Origin: Podarcis liolepis
Lineage: Eukaryota
NCBI GenBank assembly: GCA_965112155.1
Contig: OZ218106.1
Strand: one strand, 5' to 3'
DNA length: 64,000 nucleotides
The notes below the pieces were generated by a model. The model saw only the letters and a list, made by a program, of their open reading frames with translations. It did not search any database and was not told where the DNA came from. Position numbers and translations under genes: made by a program. Position 1 is the stretch's first letter, and each line of letters opens with the position of its first letter. Positions 25,010 through 38,389 of the stretch are shown piece after piece.

Positions 25010-25338
25010 TAAAAAGGTAAAAGGACCCCTGACCATTAAGTCCAGTCATGACCGACTCTGGGGTTGTGGCGCTCATCTCGCTTTACTGGCCGCGGGAGCC
25101 GGCGTACAGCTTCCGGGTCATGTGGCCAGCATGACTAAGCCACTTCTGGTGAACCAGAGCAGCGCATGGAAACACCGTTTACCTTCCCACCAGAGCGGTA
25201 CCTATTTATCTACTTGCACTTTGAGGTGCTTTCGAAGTGCTAGGTTGGCAGGAGCAGGGACCGAGCAACGGGAGCTCACCCCAGTTGCAGGGATTCGAAC
25301 CGCCGACCTTCTGATCGGCAAGTCCTAGGCTCTGTGGT
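25010..25338 (-). mobile_element. Sauria SINE, 5'-truncated
   Basis: AAAGGTAAAAGGACCCCTGACC tail and body matching the other four copies. B-box GGATTCGAACC present. Confidence 0.9.
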
Positions 25339-26715
25339 ACACTTCAGCAATAAAATAAATCCCAAAGGCTTTTCTCCTGAAAATATAAGATACAGTAAAT
25401 GTAGAATGTACAGAAAACAGCAGTGAGTGAGTCAAGGAACATCTTCCATAACACCTCAAGAAGAGCAGTAGCCACGCTAGTTTATTAGAGTCAGTCTTAA
25501 GATACCACAGCACACCTTTTCATTTCATTCTACCAAAGGAGAGCACAGAAAGGAAATGCACATGCCCCAATCCAGAGAGGTTCACCTGCAACAAGATGCT
25601 ACATAAAACTACTTATGCTTCCAGAAATCCTGCAAATGTTAGATATGGGTGCTCATTAAAATCTGCACTGGGTAAATGATAAAGAGAAGCAGAGTCATCC
25701 ACCCTGTATTGTAGGTGCTATAGTGTCACATTGAAACATGTGTGGCCATGCATCTATGGCCATGTGGATCCACTGCTCTAGTCATGATCTGTGTGCAGTG
25801 AATGACATTTGGCAAAAACCGTATACACATGGAGGATGATCACCAGATCTTTTCCTAGAACAAACCCTGCTTTTCCACAGAACTACTAATGTGCACATAG
25901 AACAACTGATGTATTGGGTAATGGCTTTTCCCCTCTATTCTCATCTTTAGTTTTAATTACTGGTCAGTTCTTGCCATGTAAGTTTCATCAACTGAAATAA
26001 TGTCATCCCTAGCAAACAGCAAATTTCATTCCCAAGGCAGTAAATGACATTCATTGGAAATGATGAGACAACAGCATCCGCAGACACACAGATGGTCTAT
26101 CGATTTTCATGCGGACTCCTCCACACTAAGACACTTTATCATTCTTCAGCAGAGTTTATGCAAAGGGTTTTTCATTGCTTTCGACAGCACTTCGCAGTCC
26201 TTCATCAAAATCATGTACTCCTTGAGAAACATTCTAGAGTTATAGCATGAATCTTTTCTTTAAAAGAGTCACAGTGGTGGCAAATTCCTTAAGTCTGTAC
26301 CTGGACTTGAAAGCTGGTGTGTGGGAAAGTGTCTGAACACAGAAGTACAAGCAAATGTGGTAACCTGAGGCGGAATGTGATGGTTGGACAGAGGTGAGTG
26401 ATTTAGGAACATTACACCAGGAAACAGAGAGAGAGAATCTGAGAGAACACAGGCCGGAGAGTCTGGCAAAGGAAATGCTTTTGTTTAAGGCACTGCAGCT
26501 TGCTGAGCCAAGGATCAGAAAAACTTTGTTCAAAGACATTGATTTAGGAGACATGGATAGCCACCTGCTGCAGTCCCAGTTACTGGAATTCCTCCTAACA
26601 TGGAAGGAAATGTCCGCAAATCTAATCCAATTGTCACTGACATTCTAACATATGTATCACTTTCCACCTCTCCCCCCTGCCCAAATAACAATTAAGGTTT
26701 GGGGGGGGTTAAGCA

Positions 26716-26956
26716 CAGTGGAACCTCAGGTTACGTACCATCCTCCTTACGAATGCTTCGGGTAATGAGCTCCACTAACCCGAAGTAGATGCTCCTGGTA
26801 GCGAACTTTGCCCCAGGATGCGAGCAGAAGTCATGAGGCAGCGGCACAGTGGCAGTGGGAGGCCCCATTAGCGAAAGCGCGCCTCAGGTTAAGAACGGTT
26901 TCGGGTTAAGAACGGACCTCCGGAACGAATTAAATTCATAACCGGAGGTACCATTG
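26716..26956. mobile_element. Tc1/mariner-type MITE, copy 2 (diverged)
   Basis: CAGTGGAACCTC...GAGGTACCATTG TA. Internal GGTTAAGAACGGACCTCCGGAACGAATTA is shared with copy 1. Confidence 0.8.
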
Positions 26957-27231
26957 TAAAGAGTTAGCTTTGATCCTACCCTTACACCAACTTTCATTAT
27001 TGACACTTGGAAGAAATTCTGCCATTTCCAGTTCTCAACTTAAGTTGACATGCTGCTTTCATCTACCTCTGATCACTAACACCTGTTTGTGAGAAGAACA
27101 ATAGGTGAAAGGAAGCACCACTGCATCAGACTTCTAATGCTAGAATTGTTTTCATTTTGCAAAAAATTGCACTCTTCAAGAAAGCCAAGCAACAGTCCCA
27201 AATATTTCTTTAAAACATCACTGCTAAAGTC

Positions 27232-27812
27232 AGTGTAGTGGCTAGGGTGTCAGATTATGGCCAGGGAGACCAAGGTTTCAATCCTCACTCAACCATGAAA
27301 CTCACTGTGTAACCTTGGGCCAGTCACACAATCTCTCAGTCTAATCCATGCACAGGGTTGTTGGGAGGGTATAAAGGTAAAGGTAAAGGACCCCTGGATG
27401 GTTAAGTCCAGGCAAAGGCAACTATGGCACAGTGGCGCTCATCTCGCTTTCAGGCCAAGGGAGCCAGTGCTTGTTCACAGACAGCTTTCCAGGTCATGTG
27501 GCTAGCATGACTAAACTGCTTCTGGTGCAATGGAACACCGTGACGGAAACCAGTGTGCATGGAAACACCGCTTACATTCCTACCACAGTGGTACCTGTTT
27601 ATCTACTTGCACTGGTGTGCTTTTGAATTGCTAGGTTGGCAGAAGCTGTGACAGAGCAATGGGAGCTTAACCCATCATGTGGATTCAAACCACTGAACCT
27701 CCGATCGCAAGCCCAAGAGGGCTAAGTGGTTTAGATCATAGAACAACCCGCTCCCCTTTGGGAGGGTATAAAATGGGGTAGAGGAACTCTGAAGAAAGGA
27801 CAATAAAATAAT
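27232..27812 (+). mobile_element. Older tRNA-derived SINE, split by a Sauria SINE insertion
   Basis: A-box AGTGTAGTGG, B-box GGTTTCAATCC, body ACCTTGGGCCAGTCAC..CACAGGGTTGTT. The element resumes at 27758. Confidence 0.65.
27376..27757 (-). mobile_element. Sauria SINE (subfamily shared with 44304)
   Basis: Full length, with 15-bp TSD TTGGGAGGGTATAAA at 27361-27375 and 27758-27772. Confidence 0.92.
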
Positions 27813-29640
27813 GAATCAATAATATGAACGCCATTTCCCTTGCTCTAGAATTTAAAGATAAATGGGCAACAGTTATCATGTAAAGGGCTGGGTTTAGGCA
27901 TCTCATTCAGAAATGTGATGGCTTTGAAGTTGAAAAATAACCGATTCCACAAAATCTGTCTCAGTTCATTGAAGAGAGAGAGAGATGAGGAGGATGGATC
28001 TCTAGTAGGCATAAGAAACAGGAAAAGGTTTATTGGGCAAGGAAGCAGAAAAGGAATGCAAAGGAACACAGGGGTATCGAGTTGATGACTTGCTCATAGG
28101 ATGTGTTTTCTTGCACAGGAAAATCTTCTGGCAGGAGATTGTAAAAGAACATGAAAGGACAATGATTAAACAGTTGGTGGGGAGAGGAAAAGGGCTTGGG
28201 AAGGAAGACTGAAGAGAGTTCTCCAATAAATCAGAGTCTTCTCTTTTTCAAACATAAAGCCTCCCACCTAGGTAAGCAGATTGGACCTCCATGGCCAAAC
28301 ACCAACCACAGTTCTGTGTCAGTCATTAATGCCATCAGGCACCAGAGCCAGGTAACCACAATGTCTCCAGATCACCATTTTAATTGAGGATCCAGCAGGA
28401 AGTGCTGGTGGGGAGACAGAACACATAAAAACGACTGTCCAGGTCTGTCTGAACTAGAAAAAAGGTAACTAACTACTCACTGTACCGGAAAATGGAGTAG
28501 GACAAAGGAAATGGACCATTAGCTGTTACACACATATCAATTACAAGTGATTGACTTTGCAGGTTCAGCTTCCAAAATGGACTTTGTATTTCTAAAATGG
28601 CTATCAGTTGGGCTAGATTATAGTACTAACAACTCACACCGACCTTCCTCCATCACAACAATTGACCCAGAAATTCTAGAAACTGAGAAGAATAAAGATA
28701 AAAGTTAAGCCAAAAAGACCCACTCCTCCCACCCAAACATGGCTTCTTAATTTGGCAGGAGGGGGTAAAAAAACTCCAGCTATTCATAATATCTCGACAT
28801 CCTCCAGAAACAAATCTTGGTTTCTCTTGGACTCATTTGTACTTTTTGCTTCAATAGCCTTCTCGGGTAACATATTCCATCTGTTTATTATCCTTGCACA
28901 GAAACAGACAAAAATTTCTCATTGAGCTGACATCTGGCTGTCTCCCATAGAAACTCAGACACTCTGTGGTCCTCCTGGGTCTTCCCTTCACACACACTAA
29001 GCCATTTAAGCTACCAGTGAAGTTTTTCTTTTAGTGTCCCTAGCGAGAAATGTATAACCAACAGTTCACTACACCTCACCCTATAAAAACACACAGCATT
29101 AAAACAAGGTTGAAATGTCATTAAACGGAAATGTTTAATATATCACATGGACCATGTCTCTTTTATGCTGTTAAAGTCTTTATTATTTCCTTTAGCAATT
29201 AAATGCTTTACAGGGTATGATTGCTGAACTTCAGAAAAAGGACTTTGCTGTTAACATAGCTAAAATAGTGCCCTGCGGTCAGGTGAGGACTGCAAAATTT
29301 AGAAACAGAGCATAGTTCTTCAAAGAGCTCAGCCACAAATTTTCAGGAATTGTTACTGACAACTAAGGAGAGATATTAGAAACGTAGAGGAGACCCAGCA
29401 GCTCTCAGTGTGAAACATAGGCCTGGATTTTTGGAAATCAGCACTCACCAGGAAATGGTTTCATAACAACTCTTGCCAACTTTTGTGGCTCTGCTTGCAC
29501 TCATGGGGAAAAGCTGGAGATCCTTGAACAGCCAAAACACTTGCATTAGCAAACTCTGACACTGTCCAGTGATAGGTACTACTGCATCATGCAATGTGGA
29601 CAGGATGAAGTCTAGTCAGCAGAAAAACTGCCCACTTTAC

Positions 29641-29909
29641 TGTTAAGTTGTGGGTGAACATATCAGACGGCACAGCGATTCTTCAAACAGCTCTTGTTTA
29701 TTCACAGAACAGAGCAGAACAGAACTGAACTGAAGGGTTCAGCCAGCCTGCTTATATAGAGCTCCACTAGAATGCAACAGTAACCATTTTCTGTAACTAT
29801 CCACTCACTGAATGTCACTTTCAATCCCTTATTTGCATATGCGGACTTGAGTGAAAACTATCTACAGTATCCCCCTGCTGGCCCAGGGTAAGAACATCAG
29901 TACATACCA
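29641..29909 (-). mobile_element. Solo LTR (269 bp)
   Basis: TG...CA ends. 5-bp TSD TTTAC at 29636-29640 and 29910-29914. Minus-strand TATATAAG (about 29751-29758) upstream of AATAAA (about 29697-29702). Confidence 0.75.
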
Positions 29910-30007
29910 TTTACAAAGCACATTCTATCCAATCCGGCCTTCTCTTCCACTTGCAACATGTACATATCTTAGAATCCATGAGCAGAGTGAGTTGAGCGGT
30001 TTGTATG

Positions 30008-30341
30008 CAGTGGCAGAGGAAGGGGGTGCGGTAGGTGCAGGCCGTCCCAAGTATCACCACTGAGAGGGGTGACAAAATGCTGGGCGGCACTCAGCGCGGG
30101 GCCTGCAGTGGGCCCAAACCACACGTCTCTCCTGGGAGAGATGCGGTGACTTGGGCACGTGCAGGTTCTACTCTGCCCAAACGGTCAGCCTGCTGCCTCC
30201 CCCCCCCCCAGCTGTAGGGCGGCTGAGTGGAAGGAGGCAGGCAGACTCTGGAGCCCCCGCGGTGGGCCCCGTCCCTATGGGCGGCGCCCCCTGCCCATGG
30301 GCGCGCCGCCCCAGGCGCCTGAACGGCTTCCTCTGCCACTG
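30008..30341. mobile_element. GC-rich non-autonomous hAT element
   Basis: Perfect 15-bp TIR CAGTGGCAGAGGAAG / CTTCCTCTGCCACTG. TSD TTTGTATG / TTTGTATA (7/8). Confidence 0.88.
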
Positions 30342-31149
30342 TTTGTATATTGGTTACACAAGTGGAAAAACTAGCTGTTGTCTGGAAAGTTAAAGACAGA
30401 GCACAACTTAATTACATTTTATGCATACAGCATACAGTTCAGTCCTCTAACATCCATGCCCTAGCAGAAAAGACTCAGGTTTTTAACCTCAAACAGGAGT
30501 TCGATATAGACTTATTTTAGAGTCCTAGTAAGTTGTCCCCAAGTTTTCTGTTGTAACTGATAATTGTAGAGTTAGATATTTAAGACTATACCCTACAGCT
30601 TGTTATTGTGGCTACTTTTACTTCCTTCCACTGTGGTTTCCTAGCCTGTTCATAAATAAACAGCCTCTTGTTCTGGGCCTAACAAAGTTATTATATTAAA
30701 TAAGTAAAGACTGACCAAAAGAGGAAGAGGAGTTTATTTACCCAGGAAGATTTCAAAGGCACAAAATCATGGTCATATATAGTCTCAATATATAATCTTC
30801 AAAAGGCCTTGGGAAATCTGCCTATTATAGCAGAGAACTTACACAATTCAATTGATATGTGCACATTCCCCAAGGCTTGCTGGAAACTATGCATATTGAC
30901 CAGAAAATGAGCATAATTCCTTCTTTATAGTTGGATTATGTGTACATTCTCTATGAGGCCTGGTGAACGTGCACAGTGACCACTCTTATCTCCATTAACT
31001 ACATAAATTACATTCCCCTAAACATAAACACAATAGATCAACATAAGTGCCTGGATTTTGGGGCTCTCTTTTGTGGGCTTGCCTATGGGACTTCATTAGA
31101 GTAATGTAGGGTGAAAATCCAGACACAAATGTTGCTATCCCTATGCTGC

Positions 31150-31260
31150 TGATCATCCTGTTGTGGGTTCGAGCCCCACATTGGGCAAAAGATTCCTGCA
31201 TTAAAGGGGGTTGGACTAGATGACCCTCATGGTTCCTTCCAACTCTACAATTCTAGGATT
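31150..31260 (+). mobile_element. Short tRNA-head, CR1-tail SINE fragment
   Basis: B-box GGTTCGAGCC followed by TTGGACTAGATGACC..TTCCAACTCTACAATTCTA (CR1-like tail). Confidence 0.65.
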
Positions 31261-33008
31261 CCACGACACCCTAAGCTATTCTTTGCAATAGTGGCCAGCA
31301 GCGTGGTGGTACTTACCTGACCTCTTGGCATGAAAGTCACAGCGGTTTACTGTGAAGGAAAAGGCACCAGAATGGTTGACATGGTGCAAATGCAGTGGTG
31401 GAGCCAATCTGGCACTAATGCTGATGCTTTTGTCCAGCACCAGCCTTGCCCTTCCTTGTAAACAACATTGAATCCAGCCCTGGGAGGTCCGATAAGAGAC
31501 CCTACCCCATCAACTGCTGCTGATTTATTGTTGGATTGGGTGGAACGTCCTCTTTATTAGTAAAGATTTTGCTTTTTTGTAGCTAGACACTTTCCAAAAG
31601 CTAACTGCAAGATTAACCAAACAGTGGGGCCTTTCTTGATAGAACACTTTCCACACAACTCCATCAACTCTCTGGCATAAGCATAGATAACATGCTGATC
31701 AGGGAATCCTAATGTAGAACATGCTGGCTTTTCAATTTAGGGTTGCTATATATATTCTTTCCTCTGCAACATATCACTTTTGTTCTGACTCTTGCACATG
31801 GTTAGCTTCCAGAAGCTGTAAAGTTCCCTGTCAAAACTGTTTCAGCACAATGGGAGCCCCAAATACTGGCTCAGTATAAGAATATGATGGAGTGTAACAC
31901 ACATGCCAAGTTGGACAGTGAAATCTGGATCTATTAGTAAAACAAATCAATTGTCCATATTTTTCACTTTCCCTCTTTCAGGCAGAATGGCCTTTATGAC
32001 AAAGACAGCAGAGAAAGAACAAAGTGTATCCCCACTCCCCCCACCCTAACTCCCTTAAAATAGAACAGATCATACTAGATACTAGGGGGGGAAACCAATC
32101 TGGTTCTGAGGGAATTCTATATCTTTTATGAATAATGTTAATCTTAAAGCACCAAGACTTTGGGCCTGACTTTTATTAGTGCTCTGAACACACCACACGT
32201 ACAAGTACAGGAATTAACAGAAAGCAGATATCTGATCTAGCATAAGGTTTTCATAGGAGACTTGAGGAGCCAGGATGCTTCCACTTTCCCTCCCAAAAAG
32301 GACACTTGCAATGTCACTTCCTGACAACTTTCTAGCACCAAAACAGAAAAACTGTGGTCATACCACAAAGTAGGAAGAATTAATGAATGGGCACTTCTGA
32401 ATGCCAATCATTGAGCTTGCCAGTCCGCCAGGCCCACAGTATGGGACACCCAGGTAAACTACAGCACTGCAAGGTGGGGGCAGAACAGCAAATGTAATTT
32501 TTGCCATTGTACACACGATCTATACTCCATCCAGGGAAACTAGAAGCATTATCGAAGTTGAAGGACACATTCCAGTTGAAATAAACCCTCAAGGAGGGTG
32601 CAAATAGGGCCTGTAAAATGTGTGGCCTAAGAAGAGGGCACCACTTGAGGAGAATCCCAAAGGCCAGATAGAGAGACCAGGCCTGCATTGAAAACTGTTC
32701 CCACAGCTCAGACCTGATCAAATTAAGACCCACCTGTGGCATAACCTGGAGTCCCTAAGAGGGATCCTACTGTTCTTTGTAGCTTGACGCCCCCTAGGCA
32801 TCACAAGGAAGACCACTTCAACCGAGCATCCTGCACCTTGCTCACCAGAATTAAATCCACAATATAATAGCCCAATTGATTGCAAGCTGCCACCACATAT
32901 TGCATATAGAGCAGCAGAACTCTTCAGTAGCTTGGCTAAAAGGCACAAGGCAAGGGTATAATTCAGAATCCCCTTGGATCTAACCACACATTGTACTTTA
33001 ACCAAGCA

Positions 33009-33032
33009 ATATATATATACATATACATACAT

Positions 33033-33067
<35 letters not shown>
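33009..33067. repeat. Compound (AT)(CATA)(CA)(GA) microsatellite
   Basis: Consecutive simple repeats. Confidence 0.9.
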
Positions 33068-35191
33068 ACAGTGTTGCATGGTAAATAAACACGGAAAGCT
33101 TGCTCTACTTCTGAACTTGCCCCAACAAGTAGTTTTTCTCATATGCTGCAACATTAGCTGAGCCAAGAATCAGCTGTCTCCCTTTCTACCCTCCTGACAG
33201 ATGAACAGCAAAGACTTCATGGGGCTTACAAATGGTTCGGAGAAGCTCTTTCTTGACAGTCCAATGCCCAGTTCTTCTAGTCATGTAGCTGCCCTGAATT
33301 CACAATTTTTCACAATGCACAAGCGAAGTGTTTGTGGCTATTGTCAAGCATTCGTTTCTATGATGAGAGAGCCTTTAAAAAGACATCCATAAGAAATCAC
33401 CAGTAGCTTATAATTTTACTCATCTAGGTTCACATGTTTCTGATGGTGAGACTGTATGTAGAACAGTAAGGGCAATTCAAATGGACAAGAAAGAACAGTG
33501 AGGTCCATGTCCTCTTGAGGGAAGCATCTGACTTGTTAGCAATTCAGAGTATGAAGTTACATTCCAAAGGTAGAAGATATACTGATTCAAATAATGAATA
33601 TATGGCTGAAGCTTTCTCAATAACTAAATAGCTCCAGGTAGATAACATTACCAAAGGACATTTTTGGTTCCATTGCTTCTTCACTCTAGAGAAATGATAT
33701 TAAATAATGATTTAGTTTAATAGCCATCTGTTTTATAGTGTAGCCTTTTAAACCACAGATTTCCAGAAAATAATCTGGTGCAAGAATCAGCGTCAATGTA
33801 GGTCCATCTCAGAGTAATAAAAAAGCCATAAATAAATTCAGCCATTAGGTCTTCGTGAAATAGAGACATGCAGTTTCTCTCTGCTACTAAATCTTCCTTA
33901 ATGAAGAACGTACGTTACGAGATAACTTTTCATCAGTTTTAAAACTAGCTCTTTCTCTAACAATGCTGGCACTTTCCAAAGAAAAAATAGCATCCACCAA
34001 CTAGTACTTTTGCTCCTATGATATTTCACAGTGATCATTACCAACTGAATGCATGGGTGGAAATTAAAAATAAAAAGTAAATGAGGTTTTCAGCTCCAAC
34101 TATATTTATAGGGCTGGAAATAATTAGCAGGTGAAGTTAAGTAATTACTGCATCATTAACCTGTCACTTGAAATTTTAAAATTGTCTTTTGGTGTCTGAT
34201 GAAAGAATAATACCAAATGTTTACCAAATTAGCATGAAGTATAGAAAATGCACGCACACAAAGTCTCATTCAGAAAATGTAGCAAGTTCCTGCAACACTG
34301 AGATAAGCTGGAGGAGGAGCTATCTGGCAATCAATATCCCTTTTAAGGAGAACAGAAGGAGTTATCAGAAACATCCAGACCATGTTTCTATCAACCATTT
34401 ATGAAGATGATGCTGACATCTCTAAAGTCAACAGGAAAACAAATCTGTGTAAACAAAACCCAAATGGCTATTTGGAAATGAAGTAGGTCATCTCCAAATA
34501 TGATACAATGGGACAAATAGCTTTTGAAAACAATCAGCTACCCCAGAGTAAAGGTGAGGAACACACACACACAAATATACATTCAACAGCCATTAATGGA
34601 AGGCAGGTACACTGAAATCTATTCCATATTAAAAAGCAGCTGGAATATTGACAGTAGGCTCCGTAATGAATCTCCTAGCTCTCCAAATGCAGCCCCTTCT
34701 ATCTGGACCCTCTGGCTCTTCCTAGGCCACACCCTGTGCTATAGATTTAGGGAATGTAATTCTTAGCAATGCTGAATCTTTTTTTGGGGGGGGAGAGACT
34801 GAATCTTTGGGTGGAGATGTGGAGGATTAACAACATTCAGGCCCTGTTACTATCACAGTGAGGGAGAGCAATCTCCTCTTTTAAACATAGTCTGATAAAT
34901 GTACTATGAGCACTTAACGTGCATGCTGATATCAACCTCCAGGCTTTAATTTGTATAAAACAAATTAATATTTTCCCATTGAAGCTTTGCTCAAAGAGGG
35001 AAAAGGAGATTGATGACACATGGAGCTGCCGTACTCACTTGTTTTCAACAACTGTTGATTTTATCAGTATTTCCTGTGAATATTTTATATATGCTTAGAG
35101 GTAATAGACAATTAAGAGATATAAAAATCATGTTCAATTTATTATTATTTTATCTTATTTTTAAAGGTTCAGAGGCAGCAGGCCTCTGAAT

Positions 35192-35517
35192 TAGGGTGGT
35201 TACTTATGGATTCTCCCCCCCACACACACACACACAAAAGGGCCAAAAGAGAACACAAGATTTGCACACATTTTAAATATGCCATAAAATTTTATATAGA
35301 AATAAAATTCATCTCACTGTATTAGATGAGACTTTGGCTAGGTAAGTTGTGTGCCTGACCAGGTGAAATCCCTATGTTAAGTGCCAATGGACAACTGACT
35401 GAAAGCTGCTCTACCTTCTTAGGGCTATTTCTCTTTAAGCTTGGACCGGACAGCCCTTCAAACAGAAGATTCTTTTAAACAGAGGACTGTTTAACAGTAG
35501 GGCATATGGCCACCCTA
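35192..35517. mobile_element. Non-autonomous hAT element nested in a CR1 3' tail
   Basis: TIR TAGGGTGG / CCACCCTA. Perfect 8-bp TSD CTCTGAAT at 35184-35191 and 35518-35525. The flanks join to give the CR1 tail AGAGGCAGC..CTCTGAATACCAG. Confidence 0.82.
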
Positions 35518-36242
35518 CTCTGAATACCAGTGGCTGAGAAACAAAACAAAAAAAAACAGGCAAGTGCCATTGCTTTCATGCCTGCTTTTGAACTGCTCAG
35601 AAGCATTTGCTTGGTTGCTGTTGATAGCAGGATGCTTGGTGGACCCTTGGTCTGATCCAGGAGATCTCTTCTCATGCTCTTTTAGTACAGCAATAAAGCT
35701 GTCCAGGTCCTGCTGCTCACTTCTATTCTCAGTGTTTCTTTCTTTATTGAACTGATACCATTTGCTGTGCGCTACTGAAAGTGACCAGCAATACACAGGC
35801 TCCTGTACATATAAGGGAATTAGGGCCTCTGAGCATTAGACATCTAAGAAAAATAGGTAAGCAAAGTGCATGTTAATTCCTAAAGCCTATTACTCAACTA
35901 TATCATCACAATACCCCTTCTTTCGCAATTAAAGAGGTGCTAAAGCCATTGGAATAAAAACTCTGTAAATGTATAGAAGTATCTCATGAGAAGTAAATCA
36001 CACTGGAGGGATAAAACTGATAAACCGTGAAATTTTCATTTTAGAAGAGCTGTGCATTATGCAAATCATACTGTGTCAATGCTCCATTCCTCTGAGCTTG
36101 TTCCCCTGCCCATAGCTACTCCTCAAATCACAACAAGAATTTAAAAAAAATGTTTTGTTTTTAGAAAAGACATTTTCATAGAATGCCAAATGTTTAAGCT
36201 CTGGATAGTAGGTTCAACTTTGCTGCTGAAAACATGATCTTT

Positions 36243-36813
36243 TAGGAACATAAAAACACAAGAAGGGCCCCCTGGATCAGACCAAAGGTCAAACTAGTCC
36301 AACATCCCATTTTCACAGTGACTAACCACATGCCTATGGGACACCTGTAAGCAGGACTTGACCACAACAGTGCTCTCCCCATTTGCAATTCCTAGCAACT
36401 GGTATTCATGCCTCCAACAGAGGCATTGATAGCCTAATTCTCCATGAATGTGAGCCAACTCCTTTTAAAGCCAACCAGGTTGTTAACCACCTGGTAGCAA
36501 ATTCTGCAGTGTCTGTCCTCAATCTTGCAGCATTCAGGGTCACTGAATCTTACCAAGTTTTTGTATTAGGGGTTGGGGAGGGGAACTTCTCTAGCTACTT
36601 TCTCCACAACGTGCATCATTCTATACACCTCTGTCAAGTCACCTCTTACTTGTAGTTCGTCCAACATATTGAGCATATTGGTTCTGAACCTTTTCCAACT
36701 CAATAGCACCCTTTCGGAGGTGCATTGAATGGAAATACACAGTGTGGTCACATCATAAATTTGTATAATGACATTCTGATACCAGCAGTTTTATTTTCAA
36801 TCCTTTTCCTAAT
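36243..36813 (-). mobile_element. CR1 LINE 3' fragment (deleted and degenerate)
   Basis: Minus-strand RGDLTEVYRMMHVVEKV motif, with a CR1 3' UTR at the left end. Confidence 0.75.
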
Positions 36814-37780
36814 AAAAAGAGGCTTCACAACTGCAAAGAAATGAGTGTTTTGAGGCTAATATTTCAATAGTTCATTGGCAGGCTGCATCACAGTCCACAA
36901 GACACCTGCTCAGTCATTTTTTACCTGTTCCATTTGTTGAAGTGAAGAAAAGGAGAGTAGGTAATGATCTCATGGTTAAGTCTCTCCTCACTAACTGTTA
37001 TCTGTAGCCAGTCACAAACCTTGACTCTTCTGAATAAACATGATGTGTTTTGCTGCACAATTCATATTTGACCACTACTTAGTAACCCACGTGGCAAGCA
37101 TGTTTGCTAAGATCACCCTGTTTTGGCTGGGGCTGATGGGAGTTGCAGTTCAACAACACCAGGGTGGGGTGGGAGCACCAGGTTGGCAAAGGCTGCTGTA
37201 GAGTATTTAAGTAACAAACACTTTCAGCTGAGCTTATAATATTCCTGCGGTTTGCTGGGCGTTCCCCAAATAGGTCTGGCCATGCTATTTTTAGGAGAAA
37301 CACTGGGTCCTGCATCATCAACCCCATTGCCAATAAAATATAGCAATTTAAAATACGATCTGTATATACTGGCAAATGTTGCTATGACCTATGTGCATGC
37401 TATAAATAACGACAAGCAAACATGAGAATATGTCACTCTCTTTATTTGCAAAGTTTAGGAAAGAGTGCCAATCCTTACAGAGCCAAAACTGCAACATGCT
37501 CACACAAGAGGCTTGGGAAAACACTAAAAATTTGCAGAGGTCCAAGCGTCTTTAGAAAAGCTAAAGCCAGACTCCCACACTCACCTGTATGCAGGCTGGT
37601 TGGTTCCATTTTTAAATGTTCAAGAATATTTCATGGGCAAATATATATATATTTATTTAGTTTTTAAATGTTCAAGAACTAACCCCCCCCCCCCATGAAA
37701 TAAGACCCAAATTACAGCAGGGACTCCTGAGATGTTACATTTTATCTATTTATTTATTTAGATATATGTATATTTATATA

Positions 37781-38132
37781 AGGGGTGCGGGTGGTGCTTT
37801 GGGTTAAACCACAGAGCCTAGGGCTTGCCGATCAGAAGGTCGGCAGTTTGAATCCCCACAATGGGATGAGCGCCCATTGCTCAGTCCCTGCTCCTGCCAA
37901 CCTAGCAGTTCGAAAGCATGCAGTGCAAGCAGATAAATAGGTACCGCTCCAACGGGAAGGTAAAAGGCATTTCCGTGCGCTGCTCTGGTTCACCAGAAGC
38001 GGCTTAGTCATGCTGGCCACATGACCGAGAAGTTGTATGCCAGCCCCCTCGGTCAGTAAAGCGAGATGAGCTCTGCAACCCGAGTCATCCGCGACTGGAC
38101 CTAATGGTCAGGGGTCCCTTTACCTTTACCTT
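37781..38132 (+). mobile_element. Sauria SINE
   Basis: tRNA head, TCCCTTTACCTTTACCTT tail, TSD TATATTTATATA at 37769-37780 and 38133-38144. Confidence 0.92.
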
Positions 38133-38389
38133 TATATTTATATAGTCTTATCCATAGTTATGCAGTTACCCATCAAACCACATGTGGTGCATTTGCTCAA
38201 ACATTTCCTATAAAACAATCCTCTATTCCCATGGAGAACAATACTGTTACCCACTCTGCTGCCTACAGGATTAGCGTGAGCATGCCTCTGAATAGCAGTT
38301 GTTGGACAACAACATTGGGGAAGTCTATTTATCTCACAAACTTCCTATAGGCATCTTAATGGCCACCATGTTAGAAGATTCAGGACAAA

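Noticed and set aside
26044-26648. Protein-like ORFs (..LAKEMLLFKALQLAEPRIRKTLFKDIDLGD..)
   Set aside because: No recognisable family, upstream in-frame stops and no consistent splice sites. A tBLASTn or HMM search would be needed.
35020-35090. Possible minus-strand micro-exon (CACAG|..|GTGAGT); similar isolated donor sites near 15085, 31315 and 51905
   Set aside because: Weak polypyrimidine tracts and no recognisable or chainable peptides, so a host gene cannot be supported.
37781-37870. tRNA-like A and B boxes
   Set aside because: These are SINE heads rather than tRNA genes, and the same applies to the other SINE copies.
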